DNA from: Chrysomallon squamiferum
Taxonomy: Eukaryota > Animalia > Mollusca
NCBI GenBank assembly: GCA_012295275.1
Contig: CM022673.1
Location: forward strand, 17,980,001-18,044,000
Direction of reading: 5' to 3'
Length of the DNA stretch: 64,000 nt
A program made the translations under genes and the position numbers. How positions within the stretch are numbered: position 1 is the first letter of the stretch; every line of letters begins with the position of its first letter. Below are positions 32,396 through 46,052 of the stretch, one piece after another. The notes beneath the pieces were generated by a model, which was given only the letters and a program-made list of their open reading frames with translations, ran no database searches and was not told the origin of the DNA.

Positions 32396-33074
32396 ATGGC
32401 ATGCAAAAAACTCGATAAAACATCAGCAAATGAACTTTTAAAATCCACTGATAGTTTCCTTTTTGACTGTGACGGTTTGTATAATTTTAAATAGTAGTTT
32501 CTGTTATTTGTGAAATTAACCGTTATAATTAAAAACTGGTAGAAATAACGATTTCTTTCTTTATTTTTTTTCTTTATTATTACCATTTTAAAAAAAAAAA
32601 ATTTTTATTTTATTTTATTTTTTTTTTTTTATTATTGGCTGTGTTGACTGATATAATAACTGTGTAAAAGATTATTAAATAGTCTACATTTCAGGTGTAT
32701 TATGGGATGGAAAAGGAGCTATTAGTGGTAGCCTCGAAACGGTTAATAAACTTTTAGCAAAGGCAAGTAAGTAAACAGTATTAAATAAATAAGTAAACAA
32801 GAGAGAGAGAGATCAAATAATGGAGTAGACAAATATTACAAAATACATGACATGACTAAAATATTATTAGAAACATATGGTTGTTGTTGTTATTTTATTT
32901 TTTTCAGGGTAAAAGGGTTCTTTATGTGTCTAACAACAGCACAAATACCAGAGAAGAATATGTTAAAAAATGTCAGAAATTTGGTTACAAACCTGAACCA
33001 GTACGCTTTAGACATTCTATTTATTTATTTATTATTTATATCTCTATAAAAGAAAGTATCTCCACGAAGTAATT

Positions 33075-33119
<45 letters not shown>

Positions 33120-35280
33120 CCATACACAAAATACCCGAATGAATCTAATATATAGTTTTAAAGTACATTCATTTGATACTTTTAAATTAACTAAAACTAA
33201 TATAAACAAGAGAACTGATATAAACACCAGAACAAAACAAAATAAAATTAATTTCTTCAGAACGACATCGCGTGTTCGGCGCATGCATCGGCATTCTACC
33301 TAAACAGCATCAACTTCAGCGGCAAAGTGTATGTTGTAGGAAATCCAGCCATGGGCGTAGAACTCGATAAATTTAAAATAAAGCACACTGGAATTGGAGT
33401 AAGATACATTCATTCATTCATTCTTTCATCTTATAATTATAATTAAAGCAGTAAAATATTACAGATCTGAATGACAGTATTTTATTGAATTATATATTCA
33501 AACGGTAGTATATTATGATAAAATAATTATTTATTATCAATTACAATTTGAAACTTTAACAAATACCACGGTGAAGGTGACATTGGAATATTCTGTAACA
33601 TTATTATTTTATTACTATAACAAAAATTATTTGGTTTAGATATATTATTGTTTTAATTTATTTTTAAATTACCTTTCAGCCAGACCCTACAGAGAACAGT
33701 GACCCATATCATGTCCTGAAAACCAAACTCGACGACGAGGTAGAATTTGTATCTATTCTTGTAAATTAATTATCCTTCTTTTTCAGCAGCAGCACTGTAA
33801 TTATTTTATTACTGATAGACCACATCTGTTTCATTAGCAGTTATATTTATATTTTGTGTATATGTACGGTTCTGATGTTAAACTGACATGTCGTTTACAC
33901 ATCTAATTGAATTATTCTCTAGAAAAAGCATTTTTGAAATTATCTACATTCACTGAACTTTTTTTTATCCCGACGTTTAAACAAAAAAATAAATAAATAA
34001 ATAAATAAATATCTTGTTTCTAAAATATAAAGCATACTGGCTGTGAATTGATATTTTGTTAAATAATCGAATATTTCTTTGTTTTTCAGGTTGCCTGCGT
34101 TTTAGTAGGATATGATCCCTTTCTCAACATACCCAAAATATCCAAAGCTGCCAGTTATCTACAGAAAGCTGGCGTTTTGTTTCTGGTTACAAACGAAGAC
34201 AGCCACTCCGCTGTCGGTGACAGCAACATTGTTGTACCAGGTACACCTGTAATAGTTACTTACCTTTCATCATTTTATTTTGAAATCAGATCGGTGAATT
34301 ACACAGCAACATTGTTGTACCAGCTTATTCACGGCAGCACATTTTAGTATTATAAAGAAATAAAGAAAACGTCACAAATATAATTCAACAGCTATTATTC
34401 CGATACTGAAGATATAAAAGAAAGTCTTGAAGAAGTCTGGAGAATACAGTACTCATCTATTTCAAATACTGGTTGCAAAAAACAAAACAAAACTATTCCT
34501 CCTTTTTGATCAAACGCTTAATACAACTGTCGTTAAGTTTCCATTTCAGAAACCGTTTGATGTTATTCACTTTTCATTAGTTTTGATATTTGTTTTGTAA
34601 TTTTTCTCATGTTTTTTGTTTAATACTGATTTTTTTTTCGTTTCAGGTACAGGAACTATGGTGTCTGCTGTGAAGTGTCCGGCCAGACGGGAACCTACAG
34701 TTGTAGGAAAACCAGAGAAGTCGATGTTTGAAGTTCTGCGTGAAACTCACAAACTAGATCCAAGTCGATGTTGTTTTGTTGGTGATAAGTGAGTGAAAAC
34801 TATTTAATAATAATAATAAATTGTAGATGTCACACTGAATATTTAGTGAAGAGCTTATTATGTAAATTTCATTTTCAAACGCAACTTACACGAAAGAAAT
34901 TCTAATTTTAATAAATAAGTATATTTAATGTTTTTAATTTTAAGAAATTAAACAGCAAGGATCATATTATCTGATGACGATACATAAAATAGTTATCTGT
35001 TGAAATTCGCAGCTTTTTAAAATTATTACCATGTTTTAAAATTATAAATTTGTTAGATATCTGACCGGTATTTTTAGATAAAAAAAAATGATTGATTGAT
35101 TATTCTTATTATTGTAGCATATATTCAGATATACGTCTAGCTAAGAACTGTAATTTGAAGTCTCTGCTTGTTCTCAGTGGTGTGTGTACATTGTCTGAAC
35201 TGGGTACAATTCAACACTCAGATCTTCCAGACTTGTACACGTCAAGTCTCAAAGATTTCGGAAACTTCATAGACAACTGA
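32396..35280 (+). CDS. PGP: HAD-IIA phosphoglycolate/glycerol-3-phosphate phosphatase-like, copy 1, 8 exons, 297 aa
   Basis: Exons: 32396-32474, 32695-32762 (GC donor), 32908-33000, 33261-33398, 33680-33739, 34090-34240, 34647-34788, 35118-35280; 894 nt open. Motif I FDCDGVLW, motif II SNNS, motif III VGKP, motif IV GDNIYSDI. Confidence 0.92.
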
Positions 35281-36420
35281 TTAGTTTTGAAACTACCGAA
35301 GAGTAAGACTAGAAGATGGCGGGAAAGGAATCTAGATTCTCTTTGGTCACGACAATTTCGATGGACAGACAAATTTGCGCACAATAAAATTCTAGTAATA
35401 TTTTCTGCAGCACATAACACTTTTAAAATTATTTTATAATTGTTTTTATTTTTTTTTATTTAATCTCCCGTAACAATCTTATAAATGTATAAGACTTTTA
35501 AATAAAGACTACATTACATAAAAACATACAAACACACATAGTAAAAACATTTTGTATTTCTTATACTTGTCCTATATTAACCATAATCGGTGAAACATTA
35601 TTAATTTCGTCAATTCGTTTCTGACTAATAATGTTCTCAAAACATGAATTTTTTTTTATTTCTTTTTAAAAACATTAAAATAAATTTTGGTATCCAAACC
35701 TCGTCTTGTCTAGTTATTTGTTAAGGAACATGTAGATAACTAGAAAGGAAACAGCCGTTGCTAGGCAATGGCCAACTCTTTTTTAGAAAAACAAGAACGC
35801 CTGGATATACCTTTCCATTAGTTAGAAAGAACATGGTCTTGCATAGAATACCAACACAAAAAATAAAATAAAATAAAATAAAAAAAAGAAACAAATAATT
35901 ATGAATATTCTGTGTCTTTCTAATGTTAATAAAAAATTAATGAAAAGCTGAATCTTGTGTCTCAATTAAGCATTGGGATATGTTATATTTGTTCTGTTGA
36001 TAATTCTAATGTTGCACGTCAGTTGAAACACGGAATGGGCTAAAACAGCTTTTTTTTTTTTTTTTTTTTTTTTTTTCATTCTCTTTTTTTTAATTACTAT
36101 TAAAGCCGAAAAGCTGTCAGATATAACTTCACATAAGTTTTATTATTATTTGTTATCTAAACCGAAGATGATCGAATAGAGATGGTACAAATATCGTTGG
36201 CTGTCATTATAGTTACATAGAATGTACAAACGAGCGTATTTGTTTTCACCATATTAATTCATAGATCAGAATTTTGAATTTTACTACTAATAATAGAATA
36301 ATCAAAAAATAAACGTTCTGTTATCTAATACTGATTAGTAATGGCGGTGCAGTAAAACAAATACCGAATGCGCAGTCTACAATTCAGATTTTACGTCATT
36401 GGAATCGGTTGGTTGTAGCC

Positions 36421-39400
36421 ATGTCATGTAAAAAGCTCGACAGAGCTTCGGCACTTGATCTTGTAAACTCAGTAGACAGTTTCTTATTTGATTGTGATGG
36501 TTTGTATGAATTAAACGTCTTCCCATTATCACAAAATTTTACATTGTTGTAACAGGTTTCTCACTTCATTTAATATTCAAACCGTTTCAGAATCTCAACG
36601 CTGTATGTCCAAGTGCTCAACGCGAAATACGGTACAAAATTAAAAAAGCATACTCTTAAAACAAATGGTCGATCACAAAATAATAAACAATTCCTTGCTT
36701 AAATCAGGTTACAAGAATGAAGATAATTTCAGAAAAGCAAGAAGAAACTGGTACTTGCCATGTCATTTTAAAATGAAATGTCGGGGATATCCGACGCCTA
36801 GACAAACCCATTAACAATAGAGTCCCCCCCTATAAACCAGTGAAATCCATTAATAATGAAAATACTAAATATAAAAATGATTAAATAAAATACGTTGGTA
36901 TAAATGGTACTGGATTAGGGTTAAAGGCTTAGGGTTAACAAACGCAACATCAATAACATTAAAACTTTTTACAGCAAATCAGTCGGCCCAGTTCGCCATG
37001 ACGTCATTACAAGAAAATGGCGCTAAACAGATAAAAAAAAAAAAAAAAAAAAATAAATAAAAAATAAATAAAAACAAACAATAAAAAGAATTTAATAAAA
37101 TAAATAAAAATAAAAAATAAAAATATATAAACTGTAATCATTTGGTGTAATACTCCACTACTGTTATAACTAAATATGTGTTTATTTCATTTTACTTAAT
37201 TTAAATAACTCAGTCTGGTGTTAAATTATGTGATTAAAAGAAGATATAATTTTGATTGCTGTCAGCTATAATTCATCCTCAACAGCTTAATTACTGATAC
37301 AGTATTTTATTTCAATGGTTATTCTGTACACGGATCTACAGTGAATTATAAAAATGTATAAATAATTTAAAATGAAAGTCTATATTATCATGTTTTAATT
37401 TTTAAATATTTTATTATAATTTACATTTTTTTAAATTGCTTTTAGGTGTTCTGTGGGATGGTAGAGGTGTCATAGAAGGCAGTCCGGACACCATTACGAA
37501 ACTTTTAGCAAAGGTAAATAAAATAATCACAGAATGTAAATTATTGAAGAATATTATTATTTTCATATCAGTAAACTAATAAATTTTTATTAAACTGCAA
37601 TGACATTTTCATAAATTAAATTACAAAGGAATAGTGCCTACTTACTTATAAGAACCTACTCATAAGAAGTATGAAAGCAAGTAACTTGAAACATTTCCAC
37701 AGTATTTATTATTTTAATGAAAGGTTAACAACAAATACAATATCATCATCATCATCATCACCAATAACAACAACTATAACAATAAAAACAGTAACAATAA
37801 CAACAACAACAACAATAATAATACTTTTGTCTTTGATTAAAAATCAGTCTCTAATAATAATATTTGAATGAGTTATTTTGAAATGTTTTTCAGGGTAAAA
37901 AGGTTTTTTATGTGACAAATAACAGTACCAGTACTAGAGATATGTATGTGAAAAAATGTCAGAAGTTTGGTTACCCAGCTCAGGCAGTAAGTTAAATGAC
38001 ACAGCTTTTGTTAGAGTAATATTTAATTAATAAACCTTTGTATGTCTGAATAATAGTGGTATATATATAGAAATGTTTGTTTAAAAAACAACCCAACACC
38101 ATATATAGATCTAAAAAAAAAAAAAAAAAAAATGATACTGAATTGTGCTAATAATATTTATTATTTAATTTTCAAGATTTTTTTTTCAGTCCCAAATACT
38201 CTGCACATCATACATTGCAGCGCTGTATCTACACAAGAGGAAATTCAGTGGAAAAGTTTATGTTGTAGGAAACCAAGCAATGGGGGAAGAACTTGACAAG
38301 ATAAATATTAAACACATTGGAATTGGAGTAAGTTTTATTCTGTAAGCTCATCTGTCTGTCTGTCTGTACCTGTAGTTGTTTTGCTCTGCAATTATATTTG
38401 ATGAAAAATAAAGATTAAAACCTTTCAGTTTGTGTTTTTGTGATAGTTGTTATGTTTTTATTGTTGTCTTTCTGTAAACAAATACAAGTGGGTGTGAACA
38501 TAAAATAAAAAATTAGAAACTAAAATGATGAAATATGAAGGATAATTCATGATTATGTCATTTTTATTATTTATTTACAAATATACTAATTTCTGTCTTC
38601 TTTTGACAATTTGAAAGATTTTGAAATTCATCATTAATTTTATTGCTTCTTTAAATGATTTAAGATTATTAAATTGAACTAATATATTGTACTATTGTAA
38701 TGAAAAATAATTTTTGACATTATTATTTAATCTTTGTATTTTATGCACATGCTCACTTGTTTTTATGAAGATTTACTGATTTGAAGATGTTTATGACTGA
38801 TATTTTTTCATTTCAGCCTGACGCTACAGAAGATGCAAACTCATTAAAAGCTTTTGATATAAAACTAGATAATGAGGTGATTTTATTAGTTATAAAAGAA
38901 GTTAACAAACATTCAAATTAAACATTTTGTACCTGAAAGCAGAATATTTCATCACCATTTTGTTATATTTGCCTTCATTTAACACCCAACAGCCGATATG
39001 TTTTTAATGCTGGGGTGTCTGTTAAATATTCATTCAATTCAGTTATTTGTCTTAATTTGCTGATCATTAACAGAAACGTGAAAAATACTACTCTAATTCA
39101 GTTCTTTAACTATGTATTTCAACTATTATTATGAAACAATATAAAGATTGTTGCTCAGTGTTACTAAGATATATATTTTGGTCCAAACCTAATTAAAATA
39201 ACATGCATATGTAAACAACATCATAAATAACATTTTACTTTTATAAATCGTCTATTTAATGATGCATAACTATTGCTATTTGTTTTTTTTATTTTTTTTT
39301 TTTCCCCCAGGTTTTTTGTGTTTTAGTAGGTTATGATCCTTTTCTTAATATTCCTAAAATTGCCAAAGCAGCCAGCTATCTTCAGAATCCTGATGTTCTG

Positions 39401-40721
39401 TTCCTAGCAACAAATGAAGACAGTCATCTACCTGTAGCAGGCACCAGAATGGTTGTACCAGGTGAAAATTAATTCTTATGTCAGTTTATATTTGATATGA
39501 GAGAAAAATAAAATTACTGGTATAATTATTTTCTTAATTTTTAATATATCTGGAATTATTATTATTGTAATTTTTAATATGTCTGGTATTATTATTATTG
39601 TAATTTTTTATATTACTGGGATTATTATTATTGTAATTTCTAATATTACTGGTATTATTATCGGTATTCATATTGTTGCAATTTTTAATATTACTGTTAT
39701 TACTGTTGCTTATTATTTTACAGCTAATGTTGTGGTTGATATGTCAGATAGTATATTTATTCTATGTTTCCTGTGTCAAAGAAAATATACTGAAACTGTA
39801 TCTTTCATTTGTTTTCTTTTGAAATATTTATAAAATAGAAATGTAAGATAATTTTACATTTTTCTTTAAAGACTTTTGGTAATTTCCTCTTTAATATAAT
39901 TTATTGAAAGCTATAGTGATCACTTTTTTTCTTCTAAAATTCTAAATCTATTTATTATACATCTAAATATTTAAAAATATATTAATTTAGTTTTTCTTGT
40001 TTTTGATGTGGAAGGTAAAAAAAAAAAAAAAAGATCAAGTATATAAAAATCAGGAGTTTATTACAGTTTACTTTAATCTCTTAAATATTCTAAGATGAGA
40101 TATTTTTCACAGATACGGGAACTATGGTGTCTGCAGTGAAGTGTGCAGCCAGACGAGAACCTACAGTTGTAGGAAAACCAGAGAAGTTGATGTTTGAAGT
40201 TCTGCGTGAAACTCACAAACTAGATCCAAGTCGATGTTGTTTTGTTGGAGACAGGTCAGTGTGTCAGTTAATTAATGAAAACTTGGTAAATAAATGAACG
40301 ATTTCTTATTCACACATAACAGTTTTATACTAACAGTAATAAGCTTTGTGTAATGATGATTTGAAATAATTATAGTAATCATCGATAATAATTAGCAACA
40401 GCGTTTCTGTGACTTCTAATTTTACAATACCTGTTGCTGCAAATTCTACTACTACTACAACTACCAGTAATGCTGTTACTTCTATTGGTTTTACCACTAC
40501 TTTATGAATTTTGGTGTAAATGAGGTCTCACAGTTCATCTATTTTTAATTTACTACAGGATAAACACAGATATACGTTTGGCTAAAAACTGCAGTTTGAA
40601 GTCTCTGCTGGTTCTCAGTGGAGTGTGGACACAATCTGAACTGAGTAAAACTCCACGCTCAGATCTGCCTGACCTGTACACATCAAGTCTCAGAGACCTT
40701 GGAAACTTCATTGACAGTTGA
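36421..40721 (+). CDS. PGP: HAD-IIA PGP-like phosphatase, copy 2, 8 exons, 297 aa
   Basis: Exons: 36421-36499, 37446-37513, 37894-37986, 38190-38327, 38817-38876, 39311-39461, 40113-40254, 40559-40721. Exon sizes are identical to copy 1. Motifs FDCDGVLW, TNNS, VGKP, GDRINTDI. Confidence 0.93.
36770..37000. mobile_element. Possible small non-autonomous element remnant in PGP copy 2 intron 1
   Basis: Hairpin GTCGG-GGATAT-CCGAC at 36780-36795 and two TTAGGGTT motifs at about 36915-36937. This combination is typical of Helentron-associated (HINE/DINE-like) elements. Boundaries are unclear. Confidence 0.3.
38978..39036. repeat. Short dispersed repeat remnant; diverged second copy at about 44859-44917
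   Basis: TTT(A/G)ACAC(C/T)CAAC...GAT...TGCTG(G/A)GGT...GTTAA..TTCATT occurs in non-homologous introns of PGP copies 2 and 3. Confidence 0.5.
39514..39700. repeat. 33-bp degenerate minisatellite in PGP copy 2 intron 6, about 5 copies
   Basis: AATATTACTGGTATTATTATTATTGTAATTTTT-like units. Confidence 0.75.
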
Positions 40722-41570
40722 GGATGTCTGAACACACTGAGTTTAATATTAACTATACAGTATTTAAAAATATCTAATTTTTAGAAATATTTATTTATGA
40801 GCACTGTTTTCCATACCACAATATTCATTTTCGCTTTTGAAATAAAGTAGGATGTGGAATTTTTTGAAGAGAATTGTATTTTGAAATTTGCTTATTTGTA
40901 CTTTATTATGTTTACTAGATTTTTAAAGATTTTTCACATTATGAATCTAATATTCAAAGTTGCATAATTATACATAGGTGCATTTTTGATTTGTGGATAC
41001 TTCAAACTTTATTGTAAGTTTTACTTATATGTACATCCTGTTTATTTATTTATTTATTTTTAATAAGCAATAATTGCTCTGTTACATATTTAATTTAATT
41101 TGATATTTTATGTTGCTTCTATTTTTGTATCAACATTAAGTTAAAAAAAAAATTAATGTTTAGCTATAGATATGTTTATTATTTCATATGTAATTATTTC
41201 TGTTACTTTTTATTGTATTAATATATTTATTGGCAACTATGTTGCTGTTTAAAGAATTCCATTTTATAATATAATTTTTATTTTGGAAGATGGTTTTAAT
41301 TTTTAAAAATATATTATAAATGTTCATGAATTATCAAACTTTCATAACCAATGTTTTTCAGGGATTTTTGCAATTTGATTTTTCATTTATTACGTTAATT
41401 TTCCTCTTTTTTTTAATAATTTTTTGTTTAGTTACTTTTAAACACTTGTTGCACAATAAAAATATAATGAACTAAATAAAGAAAAAATAACAGAATAATC
41501 AGGTGTTGGAATCTTTTTATGTGAATTTTTTGTTTTATCTTGTAGTCTTCTTCCAGCTGTTATATATATA

Positions 41571-43300
41571 TGTTACAGTCAATATGTCAAACTAGTCATT
41601 TAGCCTAATGCCCAAGACCATCAGACATTAGACCTAATGACTAAAATGTCCAGGAATTAGGTCAAATGACTGGATTTTGATTGGTATTGTGTGATTCTGT
41701 CTGATAGCAATTCAGGCAATTAGTCAAATGGGTTTAATGCTCTGTTTATATCTGTTCACTGAAGGGATTTGTGGTTCAATTCAATTCTTTAATATCATAA
41801 GCTTTACAGCTTATTGATATACAATGTCAATAATAAAAAAAATAAAAAAAAAAAAAATAAAAATGTTCAGTAAATAGTGACAGTATTATAAAAAAGAAAA
41901 CAAAAAATTTGGAGAATATAAATAGCACATAAATTATGTATAAATAATTAAAATTTTCTATATTGAAATGCTTTAAACAAATATTTTCCCAAATTACACA
42001 ATGATTTCTTATTTCCAATCTCATTGTCAATCTCACCAATGTTACATAATATACATATTCTTTCTGCTCTCTGATTTCCTATATTTCCCAGTCTTGAATG
42101 CCAGCTGATGTGCAGATAGCCTCACTTTTATTAAGTATCTGTTATTCATTATTTGTATAGATTTAAGTAAATAAAACTGGATTTTTACATCAGCTGTAAT
42201 CTATTTATATAAATTGTTGCATTGCACAGATGTATTTAGCTGAATTGAAAGCTTCTACTTTGCTTGGTCATATATATTCTTTGCTTATTTATGCACAAAT
42301 ATATTTTTTGTATTTTCATTAATCTGGTCCTGCTCTATGCACATGTATCTCAGTTCCAATTCATATAAAGGTTTCGTAATAAAAGTCACCCAATTATTTT
42401 TCTTTAATATCAAATACTTTTTTTTGGTACTAATTAATTTCAACCAATATACTCATAACCTAACTGGAATCTACCCATTTCAAAATAAACCTTAATATTT
42501 GTGGTTGACCCTTTAACATTTAAAATATTTTTTACAAAAATCTAAGTGAATTTTCTCAATAACTTGTTTTTTGAAAACTCCATATCTCACAGCACACTAG
42601 TTACAAATGTATCAGTGACAATAGGGAAATATAATTTAAGGACATATTATTTACAGTCTTCTTCAGAGCATGTGTTGCCTTATTGTTGTGTTATTCTTAC
42701 ATCAAAGACCAATGATTTTAATACTGACATGTAATACTTTGCTTACATTTGTTATTTGAAGGGATTAGTGGTTGAGTTATTGTTACATCAAAGACCACAA
42801 GGGACTGGAGTGTAGGCATCAAGTTTGTTCAGTTTAAGAAGAACTCAAGCTATAGTGCTGGCATCAAGCAATCGTCCATTTTAGCAACTGCCTTGTCTGC
42901 CAATTCCAAACCTGACCAGTTGCTGCCCAACTCCGAGCTTGAGCAGTTGCCACTCAACTCGTCCAGAGTCAAATCTGACCAGGAACCAGTTTGATGTTTG
43001 TCCCCAGAGACTGCAGTTGTTGAATCATGTGAATAGAGAATGCACATTTCTTAGTGCAGCAGTGTCAAAGGTGTCATTCGCAGGAGGACAAGGTTTTGTG
43101 ATATGCAGTTGTAAGGGGACAAAGAGATGTCAAACAAAACATTGTAAATGTTTCAAGAACAATCTTTTGTGCATTTCACGATGTCACCGAAGTTTGAACT
43201 GCTGTAATAAATAGAACACTACTTATGATGTATTTCGAAAAAAATGTTTTCATACAATTGCAAGTCATTCTTTTTTATTCAGTCATTTTTCCTAATGACT
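41571..43300 (+). mobile_element. Degenerate Ginger-type (KRBA2/SCAND3-like integrase) DNA transposon remnant
   Basis: From 42800 the sequence reads RDWSVGIKFVQFKKNSSYSAGIKQS (post-catalytic integrase segment). 42975-43214 reads TRNQFDVC..GGQGFVICSCKGTKRCQTKHCKCFKNNLLCISRCHRSLNCCNK (Cys-rich C-terminus typical of this family). GTCATTT..CCTAATG-type motifs occur near both 41595-41670 and 43281. The outer boundaries are uncertain. Confidence 0.7.
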
Positions 43301-43934
43301 AGAGATTTATTTCTATCGTTCCTGGTATTTCAGCAAAAAATTGTTGCTGTCATCGATTTAAATATATATTAAATTGTAACGGTCAAATGCTTTTTCTTCA
43401 GTGGCTTGCAATGTTCGCGCGAAATTTAAAACGTTTTCAAGTAACATCCTTTGCAAAGTTGTGATTTAAACTAAAAATTGAAAAATCTTCTCTTTCTAAT
43501 AAACGATGATAATGTTATTCAGGACTATAATAATTTCAGATGCAATGTATTAAAGCTACTTATTATTTAAGTATGGAAATTAAAATTAAATTAATCATTA
43601 ATGTTATTGCAGTTGTCGGATCCATTTACAAGGGGGAGGGCACTCTCATTGAAGGCGATAATACACTTGAGTGCCAAGTAGTTATTTTTCTTATATTGTC
43701 ACATAATTGAACCTAACAAAAAGAAATTGAATTAAAAGGTATTAATATGGAAATACTTGAACAAACTGTATCAATGTATATGCTATAAAAATGATTATAA
43801 TTTATAAATATAAATTGAAAATATAACTTTGGCTATCAAGTGTAATGCTAATGGCGAGATTTACATCATATAGAGTGATTGACCTTGTAAGCCGACACTT
43901 TGTGCAGGTTGAAAAGAAAAGAATATTTGTGAAC

Positions 43935-44727
43935 ATGGCGAGTAAAACGCTCGACAAAATGTCAGCAGCTGCTCTTGTAAATTCTGTAGACAATTTTTTA
44001 TTTGACTGTGATGGTTTGTATAAATTTTGTACATTGTCTTCCCCAAAATATTACGAATGTTTTTTTTATTCTGGTTATCTCAGTCACTCAGTCTTTTGAG
44101 GGTTTTGACGTGATACCATTAGATAAAAGGAGAAAATAATTTAAAATATTAAACAAACATCAACAGCATCATGATATTGATTCAGTATGATGTATTTATT
44201 ATTCCACAACATTTTTAATATTCTTAACAGTCACAAAATCAGGAAATACAATATTTATTACATTTATAGTAAATATATTTTAGTTTGCTACATGAAACTG
44301 AAATAAAAATATGAAAATACTATTGATAAACAACATATATAATGAAAATCGTTTTAAGAATAAATAATAATAAATAAATAAAAGCTAAATAATTAACTAT
44401 CCCTTTCTCTCTATATAATTTTATCAGGTTTTAATTTTAATATTTATTATAATTCAAAACAGTTATCATTACTATTTTTTTCAGGCGTTTTGTGGGATGG
44501 TAAAGGTGTTATTGAAGGAAGTCTAGACACTGTTAAGAAGCTTTTAGCAAAGGTAAATAAATAAAAACATGTTAACCACAGGAAGTAAGTTAATGTAGAA
44601 TATTTTAATTTTCTTCTTTTTGTCCAGAAACTAATAAATTAATTATTAAAAACTTGATTTATATGTTAATAATTCTAGTTCCATGAAGTATGTCATGTCT
44701 GTAATCATTGATTCTTTAAGGATTATT

Positions 44728-44762
<35 letters not shown>

Positions 44763-46014
44763 TATTCAAAGATTTCAAATTAAATTGTAACCTGTCTAAA
44801 CTTAACTTAAATTGTATTTCTGTCTAAAGTACAACTTATTCATACATATTTATGTGTGTTTGACACTCAACCTCTGATGTATTTTGTGCTGAGGTTTGAG
44901 TTAATATTCCATTCATTGTGCTGTGACTTTCTGTGAACTTTGCTTTTTGCTGAAAAGGAAAAAATAACAAGAATTTGTTTTTGACATTTTCTCATTTGCT
45001 CTTAAAAAATACATTTCAAAAAGTTACCTCAGTGTGTTTCATTAATATCCACGATTAATTAATATGATAATTACATCAAAAAACAATATCAGCAAAAATG
45101 TACCTACATGCTTTTATATTTCCTTTATTGGTGACAAAACAATCTTTCTTTAATAATACTATTTGAATGTGTTTTATTTTGAAATGTTTTTCAGGGTAAA
45201 AAGGTTTTTTATGTGACAAATAACAGTACCAGTACTAGAGAGATGTATTTGAAAAAATGTCAGAAGTTTGGTTACCCAGCACAGATTGTAAGTTGAAACA
45301 AAATGTACAGCTTTATATAATACTGACCAGATAATAATAACCAATCACATGTTAAAAAAGTAGAGATATGTGTGAAAAGTAATTCTTATGAGTAAATAAA
45401 TAAAAAGTTACTGCATATATAAAATATTGAACATAATATTTTCTGTATTTATTTATTTTTTAAGTCTGAAATTGCCTGCACTGCATACATTGCAGCTCTG
45501 CATCTACACAACATGAAGTTTAGTGGAAAAGTTTATGTTGTAGGAAACCAAGCAATGGGGGAAGAACTTGACAAGATAAATATTAAACACATTGGAATTG
45601 GAGTAAGATATATTCTGTAAGCTTGTCTGTCTGTCTGTCTGTTGTTTTGCTTTGAAGTTATGTGTGATGAAATTAATTTTCTCATTTTGTGTTTATAATT
45701 TTTATTATTATTATTTTTATTGTTGTTATTATAGTGTTTTTATTGTTACTGCTTTTCATTAAACATATATTCTCTTGTAATATTGATTTTTGATATTAAG
45801 AATCAAGTTATTTGCATTTTATTTGTAATACCAATTTATTTTTCTTTTCTTTAAAATGTTTTATTTAGTATATATCTATATATATGTCTGTGTATGTGTA
45901 TATATGTGTGTGTGTGTTTTAATTATTTTATATTATATTAATACTGATTATGATTATAATTGCTAAAATACTGATAATACACTGGCATTACTATTATTAT
46001 TATTATTATTATTC

Positions 46015-46052
<38 letters not shown>

